A DNA stretch of 64,000 nucleotides from Octopus vulgaris (lineage: Eukaryota). Positions 52,600 through 64,000 of this stretch are shown piece after piece. The position numbers and the translations under genes were made by a program. The notes under the pieces were generated by a model. The model ran no database searches and was not told where the DNA came from. It saw only the letters and a program-made list of their open reading frames with translations. The number at the start of each line of letters is the position of its first letter. Positions within the stretch are counted from its first letter, which is position 1. The stretch lies in the NCBI GenBank assembly GCA_951406725.2, contig OX597830.1, positions 9,796,001-9,860,000 on the forward strand, written 5' to 3'.

Positions 52600-52900
52600 G
52601 AGGGCGCGTGGCTCAGTGGTTAAGGTGTTGCACTCACGATGTGGCGATCGTGGGTTCGATTACCAGAACGAGCGGCCCGTTGTGTTCTTAAGAAAACACT
52701 TCGTGCCACATTGCTCCAGTGTATTCAGCTGCAAAATGGCTGACCCTGCGATGGTCTAGCCTCCCGATCAGAGGGAATGTTGGCCTTCTCGCCTAGCCAG
52801 CGGGGCTAGCATCAGTCGAAAATTAAAACCATGCAAAGCGCATTGTGACCAGTGATGAATATCAGAATCTGATAATCTGGTCGATACAGTGATCACCTGA
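52600..52900 (+). mobile_element. tRNA-derived SINE, head D with V-domain-like 3' part
   Basis: GGGCGCGTGGCTCAGTGGTTAAGG...GGGTTCGATTACC; CCCTGCGATGGTCTAGCCTCCCG. Confidence 0.75.
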
Positions 52901-52914
52901 TATATTACATTAGT

Positions 52915-53265
52915 AGGCGGCGACCTGGCAGAAACATTAGTACGCCGGGCGAAATACTTAGCGATATCTCGTCTGCCGTTACGTTCTGAGTTCAAATTCC
53001 GCCGAGGTCGACTTTGCCTTTCATCGTTTCTGGGTCGATAAATTAAGTACCAGTTACGCACTGGAGTCGATGTAATCGACTTAATCCGTTTGTCTGTCCT
53101 TGTTTGTCCTCTCTGTGTTTAGCCCCTTCTGGGTAGTAAAGAAATAGGTATTTCGTCTGTCTTTATGTTCTGAGTTCAAATTCCATCGACGTCGACTTTT
53201 GCCTTTCATACTTTCGATGTCGATAAATTAAGTACCAGTTGCGTAATTGACTGCCTAGAGTAGAA
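52915..53265 (+). mobile_element. SINE family A with duplicated body
   Basis: Head plus second GTTCTGAGTTCAAATTCC unit. Confidence 0.9.
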
Positions 53266-53859
53266 AACGATATATTACGTTATTAAATTAGCACAATATA
53301 TACATATGCGTATACAATAGTTCTTTTGCTTAATTAAATTTATGTCTTGTTTAATTTGATTGCCTGTTAATGAAGGCATCACTGTGTAATAAAGTTCATT
53401 GCATTGTTTTGTTATACATTACAAATTAGTTTAATCGCCAGTCGCAAATGCATACAACTTTGTGGCATGCACCTCGCTGAAGCTAATTGTTTTAGGGTCT
53501 TATGTACTTGCGAATACACATTGACAATTCGGTCCTTGACCTAGCGAAACATCAACGATGTCACAACTGGAGGAAAGATACACACACACATACTTATAAT
53601 TAAAAAGTATTGTAATAATACATTGCGGAGGATTTATTATAACTAATTACTAATTATTTATGAATATATCAATGGCCAAACATGTCACAAAATGCTTAGT
53701 TGTGGATTCTATTTGTCATGTCGCTCGCATACAGCTTTTATCGTGAAGAGAAATAATATGCGGTTTTGACTGCTATTTCTAAACATGTAAGGGTTTTGAA
53801 AGCCACTTAGTAATAATTGTGATTTGTTCATAATTTGTGTGTTAAGTAGCTTACTTACC

Positions 53860-55580
53860 TGTCTCGTGGTTAGACGTGTTTTTTTGGCGGTGAGTCAAAC
53901 GTTTCGTTGAATGTTGGATAATTTTTCTGTTGTAATTGTTGACTGTTTATTGTTGAGCATTTTCGAACTGTTGAACATTGTTGAACTTTTAAACTTTGAA
54001 AATTTTTGTGCTTTTTCCCGGTGACGGGAGAAAGTAATTGTTTGTGTGAAGCCATTTTTGCAGTTGTGAATTGTTGAAATATTGAACTTGTTAAAGCCGT
54101 TGTAGGCGTTATTGTCATGCCCACCCCCCACCAGCGGGGGTGGGATTTGAACTGTTATACTCATTAAGAAGAACAAAATATTACGGGTTCCCCATTTTTT
54201 GTGATAATCAATTTTTTATTGTGTGAAAAATTTAATTTTAGCTCTATTTTGGCATCCTGCCCTTAGCAGGGGTAAGATTTGAACTGTTGTCCTCGTTGTG
54301 ACGAAAAAAAAAAATTTTATAGGTTTCCGGTTGTTTGGGATACTGCATTTTTATTATTGTGTGAAAAATTTAATTTCGAACGTTGTAGGCTTTGTTTTTA
54401 CGTCTCGCCCCCCAGCGGGGGTGGGATTTGAACTGTTGTCCTCGTTGAGAGGAAAATAAAAGTAAAATATTATAGGTTTCCCGTTTTCTGGAATTAAATT
54501 GTCTATAAATTTATTTCGAACGAATATGTCGGTCGAAATAATTTCAGAGAAAAATTCACTGGAAGAGTCAGCTAAGAAAATTTTCAGCAGTTACCGAGCT
54601 GACTACTAAAAACGTCGAATTACCAAAGGAAAAGCTCTCTGAGATTTTTGAAAAAAAGGAAATAAGAGGGGGATATAAAAATATCACCCTCACCTAGTGT
54701 TGAAAAATTGAAAAGAAGGACAGTTGTTTTAAAAAAAATACTGTCCTTCAACAAAGGAATTTAAGCACTTTGAGCAGTGCAAAATTGAGGAAGGTCTGGC
54801 TCCCATATCGGAAGTATAAAGTATATAGCGAGAGGCCGTACCTTTCCGCATTTTGTGGAAAGGAGGAAAGCCACTTGTGAAGCGCTCTGTCTGCTGCCAG
54901 AAACCGCTAAAGGGTGGGTTGGGGTACTTTGGCTGAGGATGCGAAAACTGGCATTAGGGTTGAGGCACCTCTGGCTTTACCTGGATGGAAGGCAGGTGTA
55001 GTCACCGCACGTCCGTTTCTACCTTCCAGAGTTAACGACCTTAATGGACATTGGTAACTGGATCAAGCAGAGTCCTAGACTTGGAGACTGGCAATTGGAG
55101 TGTCGTCAGGCACTTCAGCTACTCTCTCGGGCGGGCAATGCCAGTAATAGGAGCTCCACCGCGGATTTTTATAGCGGGTTATTGGAAATTATGTCGGAAG
55201 ACGCCTTGGAGGAAACCCTGGGCTATGATGAAAATCAGTTGATCGACCTGTTGAGGAGAACGTTCGGGTCGGGTTACCTGGATAATTACCAGAAATCCCT
55301 GGCTTGGCAGTGTTTCTGTGCGGCATTACCTGTTCGTGATAAACTGTCGAGGCACGGAAGTGCCATCTCGCCATGTCCGAGGTGCGGGCGGGAAAGGGAA
55401 ACTGTCTTGCACGCATTTCTGCAATGTCTGGAATTAACGGGACTGATAGCTTTCACACAAGAATTGTTGTTTTCGATGGGAAGTGTACAGCTATCAGCTG
55501 AGTCTATCATCGAGATTGTGCCGCCTTTTTATGTTAGTCTGTCCTCTTTGTAATGCCTTCGTGGCAACTTTTATGAAATA
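53860..55580 (+). mobile_element. Internally deleted Tx1/L1-type LINE with 16-bp TSD, inserted in a SINE B head
   Basis: FRILWKGGKPLVKRSVCCQKPLKGGLG and zinc-finger region LPVRDKL...CPRCGRERETVLHAFLQC (55044-55553); AATAAA at 3' end; TSD 53844-53859 / 55581-55596 (14/16 identical). Confidence 0.85.
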
Positions 55581-55797
55581 AAGTAACTTGCTTACCAACC
55601 ACATGGTTCCCGGTTAAGTCCCACTCACGTTGTGAGTGGATTTCGTTGACAGAAATATCGTGTGTGTGTGTGTGTGTGTGTGTATATACATATATAGAAA
55701 GTGACGCGCTTTACTCCAGGATATGGCACGAACTCATGAAATTCCGATCGCCAGTGCAACATCGGAACGACTAGTTCCATGCTCTTTCAATAGCTAT

Positions 55798-56183
55798 GGA
55801 TGGAAGCACTCCGTCGGTTACGACGACGAGGGTTCCGGTTGATCCGATCAACGGAACAGCCTGCTCGTGAAATTAACGTGTAAGTGGCTGAGCACTCCAC
55901 AGACATTGTGTACCCTTAACGTAGTTCTCGGAGATGTTCAGCGTGACACAGAGAGTGACAAGGCTGACCCCTTGAAATACAGGTACAACAGAAACAGGAA
56001 GTAAGAGTGAGAGAAAGTTGTGGTGAAAGAGTACAGCAGGGTTCACCACCATCCCCTGCCGGAGCCTCATGGAGCTTTTGGTGTTTTCGCTCAATAAACA
56101 CTCACAACGCCCGGTGTGGGAATCGAAACCGCGATCCTACGACGCGAGTCCGCTGCCCTAACCACTGGGCCATTGCGCCTCCA
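55798..56183 (-). mobile_element. SINE family C, full length with 14-bp TSD
   Basis: tRNA-like head GGAGGCGCAATGGCCCAGTGGTTAGGGC...GGTTTCGATTCCC; TSD CTTTCAATAGCTAT at 55784-55797 and 56184-56197. Confidence 0.92.
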
Positions 56184-56234
56184 CTTTCAATAGCTATATA
56201 TAATAGAGAAATAAACTTATACAAATCCATACAC

Positions 56235-56420
56235 ATGTAACCATGCCAAATCTTTCTGTAATGAAGCTTAAAATTTGTGGTAATCTGCCTCCAGTTAAGA
56301 TGTTGAGAGATTTGCTTTAGTAAGGCATCATCAATAGAAAATATATCTTCGTCAATGTTATTTCTTGATAAGAAACCGAAATTTGTCTTGAATTGTATTG
56401 ATTCCTTTGGTTTCTTCAAA
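56235..56420 (-). pseudogene. Possible PLE N-terminal ORF remnant
   Basis: TNFGFLSRNN...LLKQISQHLNWRQITTNF loosely resembles the FGFKS region upstream of PLE RT; similar remnant at about 18790-18900. Confidence 0.3.
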
Positions 56421-57349
56421 CGAATGACTCAATGGTGAAATTTTGTTTTATCGTAATATAATTCTCTTTGCATTCTTGTCTCTTTTGTCAAAGTTCTAAC
56501 ATCACTGCGACTATATTCAACGTCTGAGACGCTGGGAAGTCGTGGGGTTGTCAAGTTTTCATTAGACAAAATTCGTCGATTCCAATCACAACTGGCCTAC
56601 ATAATAAGCCTAGTGTACATCTAAAGCCATACAATATAGTAAAAGATAATTATTATCAATATTATATTCTCTCTTACTCTTTTTGATGGCGTTCTTATGA
56701 CGAAACTACTTTCGTCATTGTATGTCACCTTCTGAATAAGAATTTTCCACTGGCTAACGGTGTCCTAATTAATTCGCAAGCAACATGCTAGGTGCGTATT
56801 TAATTAATTAGAATGATTTTAATTAATTTTAATTGACGCCTTCGTTAACCAAAGCATATTTATATTAAAAGTTATAAATTCATAAATCTCTTACGCACAC
56901 ACATACACACACACGCATGCAGGCATGCACACGCTATATATATCTCCCAATTTGTCGTTCTGTGTATATGCATTCATGTACAGACGCTCACACTTACATA
57001 CATACACACACACACACACACACATATATATATGGCCGTCTATGCATCCATATACTTGTATGTATAGATGCACACACACACACACATATGCATGTATGTG
57101 CGTGTACAAATATTAAATTATTAAAAATTCAACTGTAATTCAAAATATGGCAGACTTAATTGTTGCATGTTATTCTCTACGTCCGTGTGTAATATATATA
57201 TATATATATATATATGCATACATACATATAGACATATATATATACATACATATATACATATATATATGCATTGAAAATGTGACCGCGTGTGTACCGTTGG
57301 CGATTTTTTTTCCTCCGTCTTCCTTTCTCTGGATCTTTCCTTCTCCTAT

Positions 57350-57384
57350 GTTTCCGACGAAGAGCTCCGCTCGAAACTTTAAAC
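57350..57384 (+). ncRNA. Minimal type I hammerhead motif in TA-embedded module 57270-57490
   Basis: GUUU-CCGACGA-A-GAGC-UCC-GCUC-GAAA-CU-UU-AAAC; decayed homologue at about 40590-40760 (-). Confidence 0.6.
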
Positions 57385-57490
57385 CCTCCTTCTTCCCTTC
57401 TTTCCTGAGCGTCCAATAATACTTTATTTGTTCCACGTCCTCGCGTTGTTGTGTTTTCTCTTTGTGTTTTCATGTTTGGATTAACTTTAC

Positions 57491-57550
<60 letters not shown>

Positions 57551-57657
57551 GCACATACACACATGCATGTGTGTACATACATATATATTCGAATAGATAT
57601 GTATGTATAAATATGCATGAATGCATAAATATTTACATATATTTATGTGTGTATGTT

Positions 57658-57701
<44 letters not shown>

Positions 57702-57869
57702 CATATGTATATATACATTTGTATACATATATATATGTATGTCTATATATGTATGTATATGTACATATATGCATATTTCTTTTATTAACAATCGATAGAA
57801 GTTCCAGAGTGATACAAGTGCCGTAACTTTGGTATGTTGGCACTTAGCAAGCTGGTTTCAAATCAATAA

Positions 57870-58085
57870 GTCGTAAATTTTTTTACCGGTCATGATAGCA
57901 TTTTCCTGGATTGTTCTGGATCAAATTATAAAAAGAATTAAAATGTCACGTGGATAATGCATAGATTTCAAATGCTTTGTTCGTGACACATAAATCTGCG
58001 TTATCCACGTGACATTGTAATTGTATTTATAATTTGCTCCTGAGCAATCCAGGGAAGTACCATTGACACCGTTATATAAATGACC
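57870..58085. repeat. Degenerate inverted repeat (about 95-bp arms)
   Basis: AATGTCACGTGGATAATGCA...GATTT / AAATCTGCGTTATCCACGTGACATT. Confidence 0.7.
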
Positions 58086-58215
58086 CGACAACGTGTTGAA
58101 TCCTTGAGCAAGACACTTTATTTCATGTTGCCGCATCCCATTCAAAGAGGCTAACCTTGTCACATTATGTGTCACGCTGAATCTCCCTGAGAACTACGTT
58201 AAAGGTACGTAGTCG

Positions 58216-58451
58216 AAGGCTGCGAGCTGGCAGAAGCGTTAGCACGCCGGACGGAATGCTTATCTGTATTTCGTCTGCCGTTACGTTCTGAGTTCAAATT
58301 CCGCCGCGGTCGACTTTGCCTTTCATCCTTTCGGGGTCGATTAAATAAGTACCAGTTACGCACTGGGGTCGATATAATCGACTTCATCCCTTTGTCTGTC
58401 CTTGTTTGTCCTCTCTGTGTTTAGCCCCTTGTGTGTAGTAAAGAAATAGGT
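58216..58451 (+). mobile_element. SINE family A, nested with a MITE-like segment (58453-58740) in a C/D-type SINE (58085-58203 and 58750-58853)
   Basis: Head AAGGCTGCGAGCTGGCAGAAGCGTTAGC; host SINE halves on both sides. Confidence 0.85.
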
Positions 58452-58851
58452 ACCGTAGTCCGGGGTGAATAGGGACAATTTTGAGGTTCAAATGCATGTC
58501 ACTATGCGAGTGCAATAGCTTTTACTGATTAATTTAGTTGGTTTATCGTCCCTACCGGTAACCTACCGACGCGCATTGAAACTATCAAAATTCGTTGGCA
58601 CACCCATTTTTTAAATAAAAAAAAACACTGTCCCTCTGCACTCCGTCGATTGAGGTGAATAGAGGCAGTTATCTACAGCACACTATTGGACCTATTCAAC
58701 TAGCTGCAGGATGAATACGGACAAATAAAAAAACTACAGGTAAACAAAGTGATACGAAGGTGTACTCAGTCACTTGCACGTTAATTTCACAAGCAGGCTG
58801 TTATGTTGATCCGTTCAGCTGGAACACTCATCGTAATAACTGACAGAGCGC

Positions 58852-58908
<57 letters not shown>

Positions 58909-60275
58909 ATATATATACATGTGTGTTTGTGCGTTTGTGTGCGTATGTGTGTGTGTACTTGCATATAGACTATGACTCTTCAATTAACAATCAAAGCTGC
59001 GTTTTAACTTCATTTAGATATTCAATATTAAAAATGTGTTATAATCAGCTTATCAGAGCTATGGAATTACCACCAACGCCCTCCCTAACGGTAAAAATGT
59101 TGTTTTTTTGTGCCGAATTTGTCCCACAGTATCGTTAAAACCCCACCAGCTTCAAAAGCCTTCTCAAATACTAGGGTCGCACCGCTAACATGGGAAAAAT
59201 ATTCGCTAACCTTAAAGGTTAAAAAATTGCAAGTGATTTCTAATTAAACCATCAAAGTAGCCATTAACATCTTTAACGCTTTTCTCAAGTGCTAGGGGTA
59301 CCCCATTATTATTGTCAATATATCCACAAGCTCTAACAGTTTTCTCAAGTACCCGAAATACCCCATCAATATCGTTTGAACACCCACAAACAATATCGAA
59401 TTATTCAACTAGTAAGAACCACTCTGCCAGTATACGACATCTTTACTTAATGTACTTTATTCATTTCCGTCGAATTAAATTTAATTAATTATTTAATGAA
59501 AGATTAAGTTTCGAGGTTAAGATATTCACTAATTAGCTTAATTAATTATCCAGTGTATGTTCTTGACAGATGCAGATTTACTTGATTAATGAAGGCTATG
59601 TTGTATCCGCTTATACAATGTGTCGAATCCATCAAGAATATATTTTCGAGAAAAAGCTACGGAAAGTGCTTAATGGCATGTTTTTGACAAAGATTTCAAG
59701 TTATTAATCTAATTCTATGATTTAATTTTGTATCCAAAATTCCTCGGTAGTTTACGAAAAAGATTTCGTCTCCCAAGCTGGTCCTTGCTTGAATTTTGCG
59801 TTATTTTCACTTCGTTTACTACGCGTCGTGTTTTGTTTTACGTCAGCGTCCCGCTGATGAAGCGGACGGGTGTTGCTCTGCACGTGTTTAAGTCGTAGAA
59901 GCCTAATTTTGTCCTGGGAATAGGAATGTGTCCTATATTAATTGTACACCATCTATCGTTCTCGAAAAAACAGAATATCACCTAAACATGTGTACGGTTA
60001 TTTTTAACACGCTCCTCTACACAAGATCCCAAATGCATTCACAGCGGGGCTTTGTTTTTGAGAAATAAAAATGTGTGTCGCGCAGTGAATGCTTTTCATG
60101 TCCTAATGAACAGGCGTATTTTAAAAGTAAACACGCACACATGTTTATATTGAAGTTTCGGATTGCTTGCCCTCATCAAACTGTAACCATTTCTTGGTAA
60201 AATTAAATATATATAAACGTGTGTGTGTTTATATTATGTGTGTGTTTATATTATGTGTGTGTGTATGTATATACA

Positions 60276-60359
<84 letters not shown>

Positions 60360-60960
60360 AATCAAGGAAATCTATTCACGCAACGAAAACTGATACGCAT
60401 TATTTCGCAAAGTTTTCTTTCGAACTTTGGTGATAGGAATCTAGTAGAATGGCTTTAACAAGAAAAAATTTGGGTTGCTAATTGAAAATCAATACCAATT
60501 TTCTTCACAATGCCAAACCGAATATTGGGCCTTTTCATTACATTCTAATGTATATTCCTCCATTTTGCTGATCGCATCCATTGTCTTCCTTAACATTTCC
60601 TACAAATCAAGCGATAAAGTCCCGCATTAAAATTCTCTCCCTTCAACATCTGAGAGTTATGCTCTTGGTAATATAGTACCAAACTTTAACTGCGTACAGT
60701 ATGAGGGCAGCCGTCAACTATTGGTATTTTAAACTAGTATGGATATATCTCCTACTCACATCTATCCTTAAATCCGTCATACGTGGATAAACCTTGGTCT
60801 CACTTCGCTTCCTTTGAAATTCAGTCACCACATTTGTTCTCTCCTATTGTATCTTTTCTCCACATTCAAGCATTAAGTTTCTCGGCAATAGTGTTCCAAT
60901 TGTATTAGAAAACATGAAAGATCGACCCGCATTAACACCTAAGAGTTAAAACACATTATC

Positions 60961-61193
60961 TGTTTCTCTATAACCCACAAGGGTCTAAACACAGAGAGGA
61001 CAAACAAGGACAGACAAACGGATTAAGTCGATTACATCGACCCCAGTGCATAACAGGTACTTAATTTATCGACCCCGAAAGGATGAAAGGCAAAGTCGAC
61101 CTCGGCGGAATTTGAATTCAGAACGTGACGGCAGACGAAATACGGCTACGCATTTCGCCCGGCGCGCTAACGATTCTGCCAGCTCGCCACCTA
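60961..61193 (-). mobile_element. SINE family A with 17-bp TSD
   Basis: AGTTAAAACACATTATC at 60944-60960 and 61194-61210. Confidence 0.92.
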
Positions 61194-61249
61194 AGTTAAA
61201 ACACATTATCAACATCGAACCAGCGACTCAAAGACACAACGTACCATGC

Positions 61250-61560
61250 CATTATCTTTCTAATAGCTCCCAACGCCTTAAAAGAATGGAACCGGGGATC
61301 TGAAGAATCATGCAGATTAGATATTGAAGTGTCGTGTGTAACGGCCTCCACTAGGAATATGATTACAAGACTGGCGCTGAGGAAATATTCCAATAAGAAA
61401 TAGTTGCATCTCTTAAACAATAACCAAGGTTATAAGGAAGAAGAGGCTGGAATGTTTCGGTCATTTAATAAGAAGCGCTAGCGTTCCACCGCAAGTTTAA
61501 AAACTGCAGCCACGTGGTAAGCTGCGTGTAAAAGATTTTTCACTGAGCTGCGGAGACAAA
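61250..61560 (+). pseudogene. RTE-type LINE ORF remnant
   Basis: ITKVIRKKRLECFGHLIR resembles the RTE RRLRWFGHxxR motif. Confidence 0.5.
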
Positions 61561-61656
61561 ACTATCACACCAAAAGAAAGCACCTGATCGAAGCGAAGAG
61601 GGTGAGGATGCTCCACTTGTCAGAAAAGAGCTAAGGGGTGGAGAAAATTGGTGAAC

Positions 61657-61729
<73 letters not shown>

Positions 61730-61802
61730 CATACCTACGTTCTTAACCCATGCATGTATACATACATACTTGTGCTGAACTATTGAGGAATTTTATGCCT
61801 AA

Positions 61803-61985
61803 AATTATTGGGGCACTGGGATGTGTAACACACTGGCTAAATACCAATCTTTAGAAATTAGGCTTCCCAAAACCCGAATAGAGTAAGTTGATTCCAAGCC
61901 ATCACTGGAACTGTAAAAATCTGTAAAACTTTCCAGAAGTTTATCACTTAAGCATATATGAGCATGTCTTGACATGCAGCTGTAT
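61803..61985 (+). mobile_element. RLE-type non-LTR element C-terminal remnant
   Basis: IIGALGCVTHWLNTNL*KLGF...ITGTVKICKTF. Confidence 0.6.
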
Positions 61986-62084
61986 GTATGAGAAACAAAA
62001 CAGAAATCTGGACGTATATATACATACATACACACATACATACATACATACATACATACACACATACATACATACATACATACA

Positions 62085-62118
<34 letters not shown>

Positions 62119-63203
62119 CATACATAAATGCTGCTAATTGATTTCGTGTGCTGTCATCACTTGATGTCACTCCTAAAAGTGAGCAGCAGGAATGTATCTT
62201 TTTATTATTCCACACATAATAGAGATTTTAAAAATCAAGCAATCCCTGTGCCCGAAGGTCTTTTTAAGTGAGCGAAGACTCCCTTTGTACGGGGACAACC
62301 CTCCACTCTTTAAACTTATGCATTTGCCCAAGAAGAACTCGTCTATATCAGATGCAAAGGAAGTCATTGGGGTCACACCAAAGTCCTCCTTTTATCAGAA
62401 GTCAAAACAAAGATTAGGGGTCTCTCCTTTCCAGTTGAATGACCGCTGACTCTGTTGAGTTCATCCACTTTTGGACAGGTTTCGTTTTTCGTCCTGAAGA
62501 ATGACCGACATAAAACCCCCACCTTACCAAACAGGCTTTGTAGTAGTGTGAACTGTTTAGCAACCAACGACCCAACCGCGCAAAAGGTTTGACTGGGTCA
62601 GTGTTACAAGTAGCATTAAGAGTGATCAGACATACATGGACTCATGCACACACATCATACACGCGTATGTTCAGAAAGCGCTCGCACGAGTGAAAGGTAG
62701 CGCGAGAAAGGTCCAGAGAAGTTTTGATTTTTGTTACTATTAGAATTTCTTGAAGAGACTAAAAGAATGCGGCGGTTTTACAGCGATATATTTTTATTGT
62801 CTATCTAGTGTCTCTGTGTTAATATTTGTGTAAAACTGTCTCTTCTCACCGTTTTATTTCTTACTGTTCATTTAATCGTGTTTTTTTCCTAAATCACTGA
62901 TATTAAGAGGTAAAATAGAAGCTGTATGTATCTTCAGGCCAAAATTTTAAATAATAATTTCTAAATTATACGTCTTTGACGTTAAAACATTACAAGGTTG
63001 TTTTATTATTGGACAGTAAAGATTTTAGACAGCAAAGATAAGTCGTAAGTGAAATTGTAATAAACCTCACATTGATGGAATCTCTTGCTCTGGAAATTTC
63101 CTTCAAGCGAGAACTAATACAATTTGTGTTAACAGGGATCTATATGAGTTTGGTTTTCTTAATTCAAATCTACCTCATGGTCCGTTAATATCACTCATAC
63201 AGT

Positions 63204-63570
63204 AAGGTGGCGAACTGGCAGAAGTATTAGCACGCCGGGCGAAATTCTTAGCAGTATTTTGTCTGCCGTTACGTTCTGAGTTCAAATTCCGCCGAGGTCG
63301 ACTTTGCCTTTCATCCTTTCGGGGTCGATAAATTAAGTACCAATTACGCACTGGGGTCGATATAATCGACTTAATCCGTTTGTCTGTCCTTGTTTGTCCT
63401 CTCTGTGTTTAGCCCCTTGTGGGTAATAAAGAAATAGGTATTTCGTCTGTCGTTACGTTCTGAGTTCAAATTCCGCCGAGGTTCGACTTTGCTTTCATCC
63501 TTTCAGGGTCGATTAAATTAAGTACCACTTGCGTACTGGAGTCGATCTAATCTACTGCACTCTCCCCCAA
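63204..63570 (+). mobile_element. SINE family A with duplicated body
   Basis: AAGGTGGCGAACTGGCAGAAG head; two GTTCTGAGTTCAAATTCCGCCGAGG units. Confidence 0.9.
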
Positions 63571-64000
63571 CATTTCTCTCTCAGAAACCAAACAATGTTC
63601 ACATTACATCGGACATGAGTTAAAAGATGTACAAAAGGTTTATCCACTTACACTCCAAAAAGCATTATGTACATCAGAGAAACACCTCTCACTACACTTA
63701 TCAAAATAAATGTGGAAGAGTTCTCGAAGACACTCATTTTAGACAAAGACATTACAGTTGAATTTATTAGCCGGAAAATCCTTTTACAGCGAATATCTAG
63801 ATTGCAAAAATTATTAAGCCAGCTTCACAAATCTCTTCGAATGGTTACTTTATTCGGCTAAACACCAATATAATGAAGAATACAGAAAGAAATGAACTGA
63901 AACTGGGCCGAAGATTAGGTCATTGGAAGGACATCTTTAAGTTTGACACACTTACGGTTCTCCTCACATATATATGATGGAGGTACTGACAAACATGTAA

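Noticed and set aside
53853-53870. Minus-strand donor CAG|GTAAGT
   Set aside because: Created by the junction of the LINE with its target site in a SINE head.
55728-55780. Hammerhead-like CTCATGA...hairpin...GACTAGTT
   Set aside because: Core G5 is changed, GAAA is incomplete and there is no stem I; too decayed to call.
56105-56183. tRNA gene
   Set aside because: A/B boxes continue into a SINE body bounded by TSDs and no proper acceptor stem is visible; the same applies to the other SINE heads.
59835-59890. Hammerhead at CTGATGAAGC
   Set aside because: No GAAA strand and no convincing stem I.
60480-60900. Minus-strand LINE RT-downstream remnant (LILYAVKVW)
   Set aside because: Only one weak motif amid stops and frameshifts.
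62173-62567. Non-repetitive-looking ORFs of 64-85 aa
   Set aside because: No recognisable domain or splice structure; could be decayed transposon sequence.
63956-63985. Minus-strand 30-nt micro-exon with GTAAGT donor
   Set aside because: The frame needed to join the 52219 exon contains a stop, and there is no other support.

Overview
AT-rich eukaryotic, almost entirely intronic/intergenic DNA dominated by microsatellites ((TA)n, (CA)n, (CATA)n, (AGAT)n, (TAA)n) and transposon debris. The SINE families and repeat landscape look like an octopus (coleoid cephalopod) genome; this is an inference, not a database result. Nearly all supplied ORFs are microsatellite or SINE artefacts. Supported features: about 30 copies of 3-4 tRNA-derived SINE families, decayed Tc1/mariner transposons (DD41D, DD34E, mariner-like), MITEs, a Helentron-type non-autonomous element, an LTR remnant, Tx1/L1-, RTE- and R4/Dong-type LINE fragments, Penelope-like element (PLE) remnants, and possibly three small minus-strand exons of a GAF-domain-like host gene. 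The most striking signal is a dense set of hammerhead ribozyme (HHR) motifs in short PLE-type modules embedded in (TA)n. These include minimal type I HHRs in fold-back (inverted) pairs, variants with compensatory 3-8 core pairs (U3-A8, G3-C8), and at least two unrelated families whose three HHR strands occur in a non-circularly permuted order (cleavage strand, GAAA strand, CUGANGA strand) with compensatory stem changes between copies. All ribozyme calls are from manual base pairing and are untested.
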